Source: Bacilli bacterium
GTDB lineage: Bacteria > Bacillota_I > Bacilli_A > RFN20 > CAG-826
Assembly: GCA_045597865.1 (NCBI GenBank)
Contig: JAZLKX010000025.1
Coordinates: 352,001 to 416,000 of the forward strand
Reading direction: 5' to 3'
Length of the DNA stretch: 64,000 bases
Shown here: in pieces, positions 30,199 to 39,337 of the stretch
Layout of the letters: the number at the start of each line of letters is the position of its first letter
How positions within the stretch are numbered: position 1 is the first letter of the stretch
The notes under the pieces: model-generated
The model's input: only the letters and a program-made list of their open reading frames with translations
What the model was told of the DNA's origin: nothing
Databases searched by the model: none
Program-made: the position numbers and the translations under genes

Positions 30199-30920
30199 AC
30201 ACTCTCCAAATAAGTTTGAATTGTTTTGTTCTTACTTTTAATGATTTTAGAACCTGGAACGAATGATTCTTTAATCTTTCCTTCTTCCATATAATAAATA
30301 TCATCACCTAAAAGCATAGCTTCTTCTATGTCGTGAGTTACAAAAATAACTGTTGCGTGTAATTCTTTAAATATTTTCTTAAATTCAGGAATTAGCTCTA
30401 AAGTTAATTTACGATCAAGATTTGAAAAAGGCTCATCAAGAAGATAAAGGATTGGACGTTTAATAATAGCTCTAGCGATGGCTACTCTTTGAGCTTGGCC
30501 TATCGAAATATGTCTAGGTTTTCTTGTTAGACAAGCTTCAATATGAAGCGTTTTTGCTACTTCATTAACTCTTTCTCTAATTTCTTTAGCATCTGAGCCT
30601 CCAGATCTAAGAGGATAAGCAATGTTATTAAAAACGGTCATATGTGGATAAAGACCAAGCGATTGAGATACATAACTAAGCCCTTTATCTGCAATTCCAT
30701 ATTCATTAACATTTATATCATCAAAAAGTAAATCACCATCATGTTCAATTAAACCAATGATTCCTCTAAGAATAGATGTTTTGCCACATCCAGATTCACC
30801 AATTAAAACGCTTATATGGCCATCTAAAAAAGTTGCATTAACCTTATCGACCGCAGTTGCAATTACTTTTTTACGCTTTTTGAATTCGACCGTGAAATTC
30901 TTTAATGTAATGTCAGCCAT
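30171..30920 (-). CDS. ABC transporter ATP-binding protein (MalK/MsmK-like, short)
   Basis: GESGCGKT, LYPHMTV, ISIGQAQR, LLDEPFSNLD, VTHD. Likely start MADIT. Confidence 0.9.
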   Translation of the reverse strand: MADITLKNFTVEFKKRKKVIATAVDKVNATFLDGHISVLIGESGCGKTSILRGIIGLIEHDGDLLFDDINVNEYGIADKGLSYVSQSLGLYPHMTVFNNIAYPLRSGGSDAKEIRERVNEVAKTLHIEACLTRKPRHISIGQAQRVAIARAIIKRPILYLLDEPFSNLDRKLTLELIPEFKKIFKELHATVIFVTHDIEEAMLLGDDIYYMEEGKIKESFVPGSKIIKSKNKTIQTYLESVWTYTDKKN

Positions 30921-31022
30921 AAATAATATAAGCAAATTTTAGTTATAAACTAAATATTATGCTATATCAATTTTCTCATAAAAATGTCGGAAATTCAACC
31001 TTTTAATAAAATTAAATGACAT

Positions 31023-31049
31023 AAAAAAGGGGATCGAAATGACCCCCTA
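31023..31049 (-). terminator. terminator after the 1225-aa surface protein gene
   Basis: Minus strand AGGGGGTC-ATTTC-GATCCCCT followed by TTTTT. Confidence 0.85.
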
Positions 31050-31073
31050 TAAACTATTTTCTACAAAGTAGAA

Positions 31074-34000
31074 TTAGTCTTGTTTTTTCTTAGCGGCAAT
31101 TAATGCAGCGCCAGCGATTGCTAAGCCTGTAACAACAGCGCTTGCAGCAATAACTGAACCACCACAGCCTTTCTTTGGTTCTGGTTGTGGTTCGAGTTTT
31201 GGAATAACCAAACTTTCTGCTGTGCATGCCATCTTATTTGCATCAAAGAGTTGACCGCATTCTGAACAGACATAATGTGCTTTCATTCCTTCTTTTTCAG
31301 TTGTAGCTGCAACTTCTGGAATTAATTCGCCAAGTTTATGTCCTGTTGCTGGGATAACTTCAGTCTTTGTTTCACCACATTCACAAGTGAATGTCTTGAC
31401 ACCATTTTCGGTACATGTTGCTGGTTTAGTAACTTCACCTTCACCCCATTCATGTCCTAATGCTGGATCAACAACTGGTGTTCTTGAAAGTTCTTTACCG
31501 CAGATTGAACAGTAGACAACTTCATCATGTGAACCTGCTTCTGTGCATGTTGGATTAACAACGTGTTCTTTAACAGCTGCTGCAGGTGTATGTGCAACAT
31601 CTTCTTTTGCAAGTTTTCCAGCAGCAAGTTTCCAAGATGCATAAGCATCTGCATCTCCAATTAATATGTTGCCTGCTACATCTTCAAAGTATTTTTCGCA
31701 TGTTTCACAGAAGTAAGCGGCTTTGTAGCCATCTTCCTTACATGTTGCATCTTTACCTGCAACTGGCGACATATCGTGTCCTAATGCTGGATCTGTAACT
31801 GTGTTTCTTGAAAGTTCTTTTTGACAAACTGAACAGTAGACAACTTCATCATGTGAACCTGCTTCTGTACATGTTGGATTAACAACGTTTTCAATAACAG
31901 CTGTTGCAGGTGTGTGTGGAACATCTTCTTTTGCAAGTTTTCCATCACCAAGTCTCCAAATTTCAAGAGCTTCGAAGTCACCAATTAAATCTTCACAATT
32001 CTCATCTTCGTAATAAGCCTTACAATTATTACAATAGTAAGCTTCTTTATAACCATCTTCTTTGCATGTTGCTGGTTCACCATCAATGAATTCAGCATCA
32101 TGTCCGATTGGATCAATATCAATGGTTTTTGTATCAGTACCAAGTGTTGCAAATGTTGCTGTGTATGTGCCAACACCTTTTTGAGTACATGTTGGATCAG
32201 TGGTTACTTCATAAGTAACAACACCTTCTTCAGTAACAAATTCTTCACAACCATCATTTGTGCATTCTTTAGTTGCAGTACATTCAAATCCACCGTCAAT
32301 TGGTTGCCAATCATAAACTGTTTCACCAAATACATGGTCTGGTTTACCAGCTTCAGTATTTGTGTAGCTATCCTTTTCAGTTTGAGCGGTTCCAAGTTCA
32401 GTATTATCAAATGTTACTTCAAAATGACCAGTTTCATAACTATGGCAAGTAGCATTTGTGTCTTTGACATAGTTTGCTTCTTTTTCTTCATATAAAGTTT
32501 CGCCACAGCCGTGTTCACAGGTTGCACTAGCTTTTGCAAGTTTGCCATCCCATGTAACTTCAACTGACCATTCGTGTCCAGTTGCTGGAGTATCTCCTTC
32601 AACTGAATTTGCCTCAGTGCGAGCTGTTCCGAGTGCTGTGTTATCAAATGTTACTTCGTAATGTCCTAAGTTTTTAGAAGTACATGTTGCTTCTGAATCT
32701 TGGACAAATGTGCCATCTTTGGTTTCTGTAATTTGGTGAGACCCATCATGGCTACAAGTCATTGTTGCAGTAGCAGTTTTGCCTTCCCAAGTAACAACTG
32801 GATCACCATAATCATGTCCAAGAGCATTGTTTAATGTAACATTTTCGGTTTGTGTTGCGAATTTTGTATTAGTAAATGTGTATGTGTAATGTCCTGTTTC
32901 GCCATCTTCACATGTAGCAGCACTATCTTGTGAGTATGAGCCTGTAGCAGTCTCAGTTGCAAGAACTTCGTCTTTATCAACACTGCAATATAATGTTGCA
33001 GTTATCTTATGATCTGCTGTTGGTTCACTATAAACGATTTCACCATCAGAGCAATCGGTAAATTTCGCATAGATTGATGTATCGGCATTAATTAATGTAT
33101 TTTCAAAATCAAATAAAGTCGCATATTCACCATCAGCATACCAACCACTAAAATGTGAATTTTCTTTAATTGGATCATCAATTGGAGAAACTTTAGTTCC
33201 AACATCTATGCTTACTTGAGTTTCAACACCGTTTGCGATAAATGTAACTGTTTTTTGTTCAACCCAATCAGCAACTAAAACAATGTCTTTAGTAACAGGA
33301 ACTCCGACAAATGTGTATGGATTACCATCCAATTTCCATCCATTAAATCTATATCCGGTTTTTGTCGGAACTACTGGCTCAGTAGCTGCCATATTTATTG
33401 CAACATATTGATCAGCAACAGAAGTGCCACCTTGAGAATCAAATGTTACTTTTGCTGCTTCTGTAAATGTTCCATTAACAAGTTCATTGTTAAAAGCAAT
33501 AAATTTAAGCTCTGGAAGGGTAGCATCCATGAATTGAGTATCTTTATCAATAGTAACAACGCTTCCTTGTTTTGCAAAACCAGGAGCATATAACGCTAAA
33601 AGATTGGTAGAAAAATAACTAATTAAAGAACCTTCAATGCTTGAAAAAGGAACTCCGTTAAGTTTGATGTGATTGCCTATTTCCTTGCTTGCAAGATTAT
33701 CTTTATGATTACCATCTATGTAATTTGAATTTTTACTAGCAAGATTAGATGTAAATCTTAACATTAAAACATTAGGGTCACCATCATATACTCCAGGCCA
33801 AAAATTAATGTAGTTATTATTTATTGCATCGTATGTTATCGGTCTCTTTCCGATTGACCAACCTCCATCATTATTCACAAAGTTACCAACATAATACAAA
33901 GTTGTAGGAGCAATTTTTGATTCAAAAAGAGTGGTATCTTCAGGAATAACAATCTCTAAGTACTTCAAGCCAGTTCTGGTTTCTATATCATCAAATGAAT

Positions 34001-34751
34001 TATAAGGGATGTAAATATAAGGCATATTAGCAAAGGAACCAACTAAAGCACCATCAATGTCAGCAAGTTTTACACCATTCGCTGTAACTTTATCAAAGAA
34101 ACTTGCAGATTTATCAATTAAAGTGTTAGAAACATTGCTTAAATTTCCACCAGAAACTGTAAAAAGAGCAATAGCCCCATTTGCTCCTGATGCCCATCCG
34201 CCATAATCAATGTTGTTCCAGGTTACACCTGAAATTTCAATTGTTTTTACTTTATCAGCAGGGTAATCAACACTTTTAAATACCAATCCTTTATTAGCAT
34301 CAAACACAAATTCCATTGTAGGAATGAGATAGTTTTGGAATTTAAAACCACCTGTAATTTTTAATGTTGATCCTTCAGTAATATTAGCCTGTGGAATATT
34401 AATAGAAAAATAAGTGCTACCGTTGCTATAATGAATTTTTGAACCTGTAATATTTTGTAATTCAACACCATCTAATTTAAAATAGCTACCTAATGTTGAC
34501 ACCAAATTTGTTTTGTCGATCGCATCTCCTAGAGTTTCGTTAAATTGAAGCAAATATGCATCGCTTTCAGGATATGGATTCCAAGCCGAAGCAATGCCTT
34601 TATAAGTTGCGTAAGGAGTTTGTTCTTCATCAACAGCTTTTGTCATCACTACTTCATTGCCTTTTGATAAAGCGACAGATATTGGAACACTAGCACCAAC
34701 TAATCCCAATGAAGTAAGGACTAATAATTTTGAATATACTTTCTTTTTCAT
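31074..34751 (-). CDS. large cell-surface protein: 3 novel beta domains, InlB B-repeats, Cys/His-rich repeats, KKGCGGS C-terminal sorting signal
   Basis: Signal peptide; AGGAGG RBS; VTFDSQGG...PTKTGYRFNGW B-repeat; ATC..G/CxxC repeats; C-terminal KKGCGGS-TM-KKK. Confidence 0.85.
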   Translation of the reverse strand: MKKKVYSKLLVLTSLGLVGASVPISVALSKGNEVVMTKAVDEEQTPYATYKGIASAWNPYPESDAYLLQFNETLGDAIDKTNLVSTLGSYFKLDGVELQNITGSKIHYSNGSTYFSINIPQANITEGSTLKITGGFKFQNYLIPTMEFVFDANKGLVFKSVDYPADKVKTIEISGVTWNNIDYGGWASGANGAIALFTVSGGNLSNVSNTLIDKSASFFDKVTANGVKLADIDGALVGSFANMPYIYIPYNSFDDIETRTGLKYLEIVIPEDTTLFESKIAPTTLYYVGNFVNNDGGWSIGKRPITYDAINNNYINFWPGVYDGDPNVLMLRFTSNLASKNSNYIDGNHKDNLASKEIGNHIKLNGVPFSSIEGSLISYFSTNLLALYAPGFAKQGSVVTIDKDTQFMDATLPELKFIAFNNELVNGTFTEAAKVTFDSQGGTSVADQYVAINMAATEPVVPTKTGYRFNGWKLDGNPYTFVGVPVTKDIVLVADWVEQKTVTFIANGVETQVSIDVGTKVSPIDDPIKENSHFSGWYADGEYATLFDFENTLINADTSIYAKFTDCSDGEIVYSEPTADHKITATLYCSVDKDEVLATETATGSYSQDSAATCEDGETGHYTYTFTNTKFATQTENVTLNNALGHDYGDPVVTWEGKTATATMTCSHDGSHQITETKDGTFVQDSEATCTSKNLGHYEVTFDNTALGTARTEANSVEGDTPATGHEWSVEVTWDGKLAKASATCEHGCGETLYEEKEANYVKDTNATCHSYETGHFEVTFDNTELGTAQTEKDSYTNTEAGKPDHVFGETVYDWQPIDGGFECTATKECTNDGCEEFVTEEGVVTYEVTTDPTCTQKGVGTYTATFATLGTDTKTIDIDPIGHDAEFIDGEPATCKEDGYKEAYYCNNCKAYYEDENCEDLIGDFEALEIWRLGDGKLAKEDVPHTPATAVIENVVNPTCTEAGSHDEVVYCSVCQKELSRNTVTDPALGHDMSPVAGKDATCKEDGYKAAYFCETCEKYFEDVAGNILIGDADAYASWKLAAGKLAKEDVAHTPAAAVKEHVVNPTCTEAGSHDEVVYCSICGKELSRTPVVDPALGHEWGEGEVTKPATCTENGVKTFTCECGETKTEVIPATGHKLGELIPEVAATTEKEGMKAHYVCSECGQLFDANKMACTAESLVIPKLEPQPEPKKGCGGSVIAASAVVTGLAIAGAALIAAKKKQD
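31455..32100 (-). repeat. intragenic tandem duplication, 324-nt (108-aa) unit, about 2 copies
   Basis: Near-identical GAACAGTAGACAACTTCATCATGTGAACCTGCTTCTGT at about 31507 and 31831; the protein repeats ATCKEDGYK...PTCTEAGSHDEVVYCS. Confidence 0.9.
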
Positions 34752-34772
34752 GTATATCCTCCTTTTAAAATT

Positions 34773-34843
34773 AAGAAAATAAAAACTATTTGATAAAATT
34801 GATCTGCAGTTTCAATCTTTACAAATTCTGTTCATATTTTCTT
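34773..34843 (-). promoter_or_regulatory. long 5'-UTR stem-loop upstream of the 1225-aa gene
   Basis: AAGAAAAUA/UAUUUUCUU, AUUUG/CAAAU and UAAAGAUUGA/UCAAUUUUA pair around a 9-nt loop; ends about 10 nt before the SD. Confidence 0.5.
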
Positions 34844-34895
34844 TGATGAAATAATTGTATTATTTAAATATCTATGAATAAAGTACTCTAAAATT

Positions 34896-34909
34896 TGTAA
34901 GGGTTTACA
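34896..34909. promoter_or_regulatory. cre/LacI-type palindrome
   Basis: TGTAAGGGTTTACA in the divergent intergenic region. Confidence 0.4.
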
Positions 34910-35057
34910 TTAATATAAATTAATACATAGTATTAAAATATAATTGAGTATCAAAAAAAGACAATTGTAGTTAAAAAAATGCAATCGTAAAATTAGTATT
35001 TTATATCGAAAACTAATTAATTTAATTTAAAAAGGTAAGTTGTATAATATTAGGCAA

Positions 35058-36203
35058 ATGAAATGTGAATTTGATTTATTAGAAAACAACCTTAAAACTT
35101 ATATTTCGTCTGGCAAAATTGCAGGCGGAGCTCTTGCGATTGCTATTGGAGAAGACTGTGTCTTTTCAACATATCAAGGTTATGAAGACTTTGAAAATAA
35201 AAAAGTTATTGATGAAAATTCTGTATTTAGACTTGCATCAATGACTAAGCCAGTCACTTCTGCTGCTATTTTAATTTGCCAAGATCAAGGATTACTAGAT
35301 ATTGAAGACAACATTTCTAAATTCTTACCAAAATTTAAACTCATGTATTTAAATGCCGGTGATGAAAAGAATTTAATAAAAGGAAAAGAAATTAATCGTG
35401 AAATAAAAATAGCTGATTTATTAACTCATACAGCAGGATTTGGTGGGTCGCTTGAATCTCCACAATATGATGCAATTCCTTTCATAGAAAGGAACCTAAA
35501 GGATAATGTTGATAAATATGCTTCATTTTTACTTCCAAATAATCCAGGAGAAACTTTTGCATATTCAGGTGTTGTAGGATTTGATATTCTCGCAAGAATT
35601 GTTGAAGTTGCATCCAATATGGATTATGAATCATTCCTTAAAAAATATATCTTTAATCCATTAGGAATGAACTCCACTACATACAAATATAATAAGGATA
35701 ATATTAATCATCAGGTTAAAATGTATAAACACGAAAATAACCAACTTATTTTAAGCGAAAATCAAGAACGCTCATTTGAATGTATTCAACCTGGTGAAGT
35801 AGGCGGAGGAGCCGCCCTTCTTTCAACAATTAATGATTACATCAAATTTGCCATTATGCTTACAAATTATGGTGTTTACAAAGGAAAACGTATTCTTTCT
35901 GAAAAAGCAGTAAGGCAAATGTCCACTGCTTATCTAGATTTAAATAAAACCAAAGGTATTGATATTTATGCTAACTGGGGATTAGGTGTCTTTATTAGAG
36001 GAAGACAAAATCCTGAAGTTAACTTCCATTTAAATCCAGGATCATTCGGATGGTCTGGAGCGTATGGAACCCATTATTTCTCTGATCCATCTTTAAAATT
36101 AACTGTTGTCTATATGCATAACTCCCAAACATATGGAGGAGCTGGTGCAGCACACACAATTGAATTAGAAAAAGATGTCATGAATTTTTTTAAGAAAGCC
36201 TAG
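35058..36203 (+). CDS. serine hydrolase, beta-lactamase class C/EstB family (probable esterase)
   Basis: FRLASMTK (SxxK), LLTHTAG, FAYS, GGAAL, FGWSGAYGT. ATG 35058 preferred over TTG 35040. Confidence 0.88.
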   Translation: MKCEFDLLENNLKTYISSGKIAGGALAIAIGEDCVFSTYQGYEDFENKKVIDENSVFRLASMTKPVTSAAILICQDQGLLDIEDNISKFLPKFKLMYLNAGDEKNLIKGKEINREIKIADLLTHTAGFGGSLESPQYDAIPFIERNLKDNVDKYASFLLPNNPGETFAYSGVVGFDILARIVEVASNMDYESFLKKYIFNPLGMNSTTYKYNKDNINHQVKMYKHENNQLILSENQERSFECIQPGEVGGGAALLSTINDYIKFAIMLTNYGVYKGKRILSEKAVRQMSTAYLDLNKTKGIDIYANWGLGVFIRGRQNPEVNFHLNPGSFGWSGAYGTHYFSDPSLKLTVVYMHNSQTYGGAGAAHTIELEKDVMNFFKKA

Positions 36204-36206
36204 TAA

Positions 36207-37514
36207 TTATAAAAACATTATTAGATATATAGGCATATGTATCAAATTATTTTCTGTCTTAATAATATTTTTGTTTCCAAACACATATCCTTTTTTTAAG
36301 TTGTAAGGCTCTTTGACCAATTTTGGAATAGCTCTAAAATTTGTTTGATCTTTTCCTGATTTAATTTCAATTGCAATAGGAGACATCAAATCATAATCGT
36401 TTAGCAAAAAATCTACTTCTCCAACTTTTTTGCTATCAAAATAATATAGTTCGTGTCCATGTGCAATGAGCTCTGTAGCTGCAACTGTTTCATAAACTGA
36501 ACCTAAATTTACTCCACTATCTGCGTTTAATAAAACGTTAATATTATTTTTATAAAGAATATTAGTTAAAATGCCTACATCATTATAGTAAAGTTTAATG
36601 AGATTTTTGCTCATTGATTCAATCAAAGGGAATTTAGGGTTGCTGATTGACCTAGTTTGAAGTACGATACCAGAAGAGATTAAATAATCAAACTCATCCT
36701 GATATTTTTTTAAGTTTGTATCTTCTTTGTTTTCTATTTTCTTAAATTGAATTCTTTTAACTTTATTCTCCATATAAGAAGGTAGAGAATCAAAGATGTT
36801 TTTAATTTTTAAATTATGTTGTTCATCATATTTTGAAGCATCGTCCTTATAGTAAGCATAAGTATATGTTTGATTTTCTCTACATCGTATAATATTTGGT
36901 TTTAAAAATTCATTTACAGAATCAGGAAGCCCACCACATATTAAATATTGTCTAAACAAATTTAAAAAAGTAACATGAATGTTTTCATAAATTTGTTCTT
37001 TTTTTTCAAAGCATTCTTTTAAATAAGCAATTGTGTCACAACCAACATTATTTGCCCATAAGAACTCCTCGAAATCCAAAGGAAACATTTTTACCTCTTC
37101 AATACTCCCCATTGGAACAAAAACATGTTTTAATGTAATTCCTAGTAAGGAACCAGACGCTATGAAGCGATATCGGCCATCTAGTTTTAAAGATTTTAAT
37201 AGACTAATTAAATGAGGATAAACTTGAATTTCGTCTAAAAATATTATTGTATTATTAATATCACCTAATTTATCTCCATAATCCGCACTTATTTGCAAAT
37301 AAAAAGATTTAACATCAAAAACTTTTTCATATTTTTTGTCACTGTCAAAATCATCTTTTAAATTTATTTCAATATAATTTTCAAAAAAATTTTTTGCGGT
37401 CTCTCTAATTATGAAACTTTTTCCAATCTGTCTTGCGCCAGTTAAAATTAAAATTTTATCATTTTTATTTTTATAATTTTCATTTAATTTTTTTTCAATT
37501 TTTCTTTTAAGCAT
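36207..37514 (-). CDS. AAA_14 ATPase with DUF4143 / C-terminal PD-(D/E)XK-like domain
   Basis: GARQIGKS, FLDEIQ, SGSLLG, PLDFEEF, GGLP, KLYYNDVG, EVDF...IEIKSG. Start MLKRK. Confidence 0.9.
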   Translation of the reverse strand: MLKRKIEKKLNENYKNKNDKILILTGARQIGKSFIIRETAKNFFENYIEINLKDDFDSDKKYEKVFDVKSFYLQISADYGDKLGDINNTIIFLDEIQVYPHLISLLKSLKLDGRYRFIASGSLLGITLKHVFVPMGSIEEVKMFPLDFEEFLWANNVGCDTIAYLKECFEKKEQIYENIHVTFLNLFRQYLICGGLPDSVNEFLKPNIIRCRENQTYTYAYYKDDASKYDEQHNLKIKNIFDSLPSYMENKVKRIQFKKIENKEDTNLKKYQDEFDYLISSGIVLQTRSISNPKFPLIESMSKNLIKLYYNDVGILTNILYKNNINVLLNADSGVNLGSVYETVAATELIAHGHELYYFDSKKVGEVDFLLNDYDLMSPIAIEIKSGKDQTNFRAIPKLVKEPYNLKKGYVFGNKNIIKTENNLIHMPIYLIMFL

Positions 37515-37525
37515 AATGATTCCGT

Positions 37526-37611
37526 CCGATTTTTCTAATTGAATTATACATCGTAAAATCGGTTTTTCCAATAAAATATTCAAAGAAAAATCGGTTTTTC
37601 CAATAAAATAT
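37526..37611. repeat. direct-repeat array (2 x 25 nt plus 1 degenerate copy; period 32-33) overlapping the promoter
   Basis: AAAATCGGTTTTTCCAATAAAATAT at 37555 and 37587; CCGATTTTTCTAAT at 37526. Minus-strand TTGGAA-17-TATAAT lies within the array. Confidence 0.85.
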
Positions 37612-37638
37612 CAAACATAAAAAATAAAAAATTTTAAA

Positions 37639-39051
37639 TTAGTTTGAAAAATATAATTTCCCTTTTGTTTTATTTCCGTTATCTTTAATTAACGATTTAG
37701 AAATTAAATAAATAATTACTTCTCTCATAGTTTTATTGTCGCACTCAAATTTTTCAGCTAAAGAAGAAAGAGAAATACCATTTGATGCTGAAATAACTGC
37801 TAAAACATCTTTAGCATTTAAACTATTGATGTTTATTAAATCTGTTCCATTAGTGAACAATTGAATCAATATTGATTCTGGTATATTTGATTCAGTAATT
37901 ATTGGAAGCGGGAAATTATTTTCTTTGCAAATATTTATAATATTTGGAATCCCGTATCCACTTCTTTGTGAAAACATAAGGAGTCTAAAGTAACGCATTA
38001 TTTCTTTGTTTCTTGGATTTGTGTTACCACCACTTATCATCGCTTCATAACCAATAAGTGATTTTCCAGAATTTTTTATTTCAATTCTATTATTTCCTTT
38101 TTTAACGATAAGACAATTAGTCATAAAAAAATCAATATTAGATATAGCATTAACAAGTGCTTCTTTTATTGCATCCTCAAATGGCTTAGCTGAAGTATCT
38201 ACAACTCCTGTATTAGAAAATTTGTTAGGCACTCCAATTTTTAGTCTGTTAAAAACATTAATAAAAAAATCAAATAAGTTTCCACTCCAATTAAGGTCAA
38301 TTGAAACAAGTCTATAATCCCACCTAGTTGTTTCTGTAAAATTCTCTTGATAATCAACAAAATAATTTGGAAATACTGATGTAATTGAAAGATTATTTGT
38401 AAAAAACAAAACACCAGCGTTTGTCAACAAATATCTATTATTTTGATCTTTTTTAAGAATTCCAACTTTTTTGCAAAATTCCTCATTATCAAATTGAGAA
38501 AAAATATTATTTGGATTATTTGCATTAAAAATGTTTCTAAAAGCTTGAAGAGTTTCAATGTTTATATCATCAAAATTTAGTCCTTTGTTATTTATTTCGC
38601 TATCATTTGATGAATCTATTTTATCATTTAAAAATGATATTAATTCTGACTGACTAATTTTATAATCACCTTCAAAATTTCTTTTATAAGAAAATAAAAT
38701 ATTATTATTTAAATAAAGTGGTTTAGAACCTCTATCTAATTCAGGAACATGAACTTTAATAACTTTATTTTCAATAATTTCAATATCTTCATTTCTAATC
38801 AAATTAGACGAGACTTTTAAAGGATTATTTAAATTATCAAAAATTTCTCTTTTTATTTTTTCAATATTATCAACTCCAGGAACATTTATAATATGTCCTT
38901 TTTGTTCTTCTACACCAAGATAAATATCTCCACCACATGTATTTGCAAATGAAGAATATGTTTCAAAAAAAGACTTTGGTAATTCATTTTTACAAAGTTT
39001 AAATTCAATTCTCTCATTTTCGGTTAATTTTAATAGTTCGTCTAAGTTCAT
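37639..39051 (-). CDS. AlbA_2 (Schlafen-like) + HATPase_c_4 (RecG-C-like) + HTH protein
   Basis: ENERIEFK, SSFANTCGGDIYLGV, EALVNAI, PRNK, GYGI, C-terminal wHTH. Confidence 0.85.
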   Translation of the reverse strand: MNLDELLKLTENERIEFKLCKNELPKSFFETYSSFANTCGGDIYLGVEEQKGHIINVPGVDNIEKIKREIFDNLNNPLKVSSNLIRNEDIEIIENKVIKVHVPELDRGSKPLYLNNNILFSYKRNFEGDYKISQSELISFLNDKIDSSNDSEINNKGLNFDDINIETLQAFRNIFNANNPNNIFSQFDNEEFCKKVGILKKDQNNRYLLTNAGVLFFTNNLSITSVFPNYFVDYQENFTETTRWDYRLVSIDLNWSGNLFDFFINVFNRLKIGVPNKFSNTGVVDTSAKPFEDAIKEALVNAISNIDFFMTNCLIVKKGNNRIEIKNSGKSLIGYEAMISGGNTNPRNKEIMRYFRLLMFSQRSGYGIPNIINICKENNFPLPIITESNIPESILIQLFTNGTDLININSLNAKDVLAVISASNGISLSSLAEKFECDNKTMREVIIYLISKSLIKDNGNKTKGKLYFSN

Positions 39052-39081
39052 TGGTTTTTCCTCGTATATCTATTTTATTAA

Positions 39082-39164
39082 TTATTTAGGGAAATGCAAC
39101 AATTATTTAGGGAAATGACCAATTTATTTAGGGAAAAATTAAACATAAAAATCCCCAAATAAAT
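39082..39164. repeat. direct-repeat array (3 x 13 nt, period 21, plus an inverted degenerate copy) overlapping the promoter
   Basis: TTATTTAGGGAAA at 39082, 39103 and 39124; inverted ATTTATTTGGGGATT at 39150-39164. Minus-strand TTGCAT-16-TAAAAT. Confidence 0.85.
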
Positions 39165-39337
39165 AGTAGAACGGGTAAAAATACAGAAAAATAATGGCTT
39201 TTTTCTTACGATAAGACAAATTTGATTATTCAATTTACACAATAATTTCAACAGGAACCAATATTATTCGAACTTAATCGCTATAAAAAGTTATCATCTC
39301 AAAAAAGGTTTGTTTTTAAATTGATTCTATATTATTT

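Noticed and set aside
31457-32647. Stack of short alternative-frame ORFs within the 1225-aa gene, some similar to each other
   Set aside because: Their similarity is explained by the 324-nt intragenic duplication and codon bias; no RBS or independent coding signal.
14361-35012. Shared ATRTCGAAAA word upstream of rhaD, the ABC permease and the serine hydrolase as an AraC site
   Set aside because: The word is short and AT-rich and its distance to the -10 boxes is inconsistent; it cannot be separated from chance without a statistical motif search.
35058-36203. Beta-lactam resistance gene
   Set aside because: No signal peptide, and the LLTHTAG/GWSGA pattern and context fit a cytoplasmic family VIII esterase.
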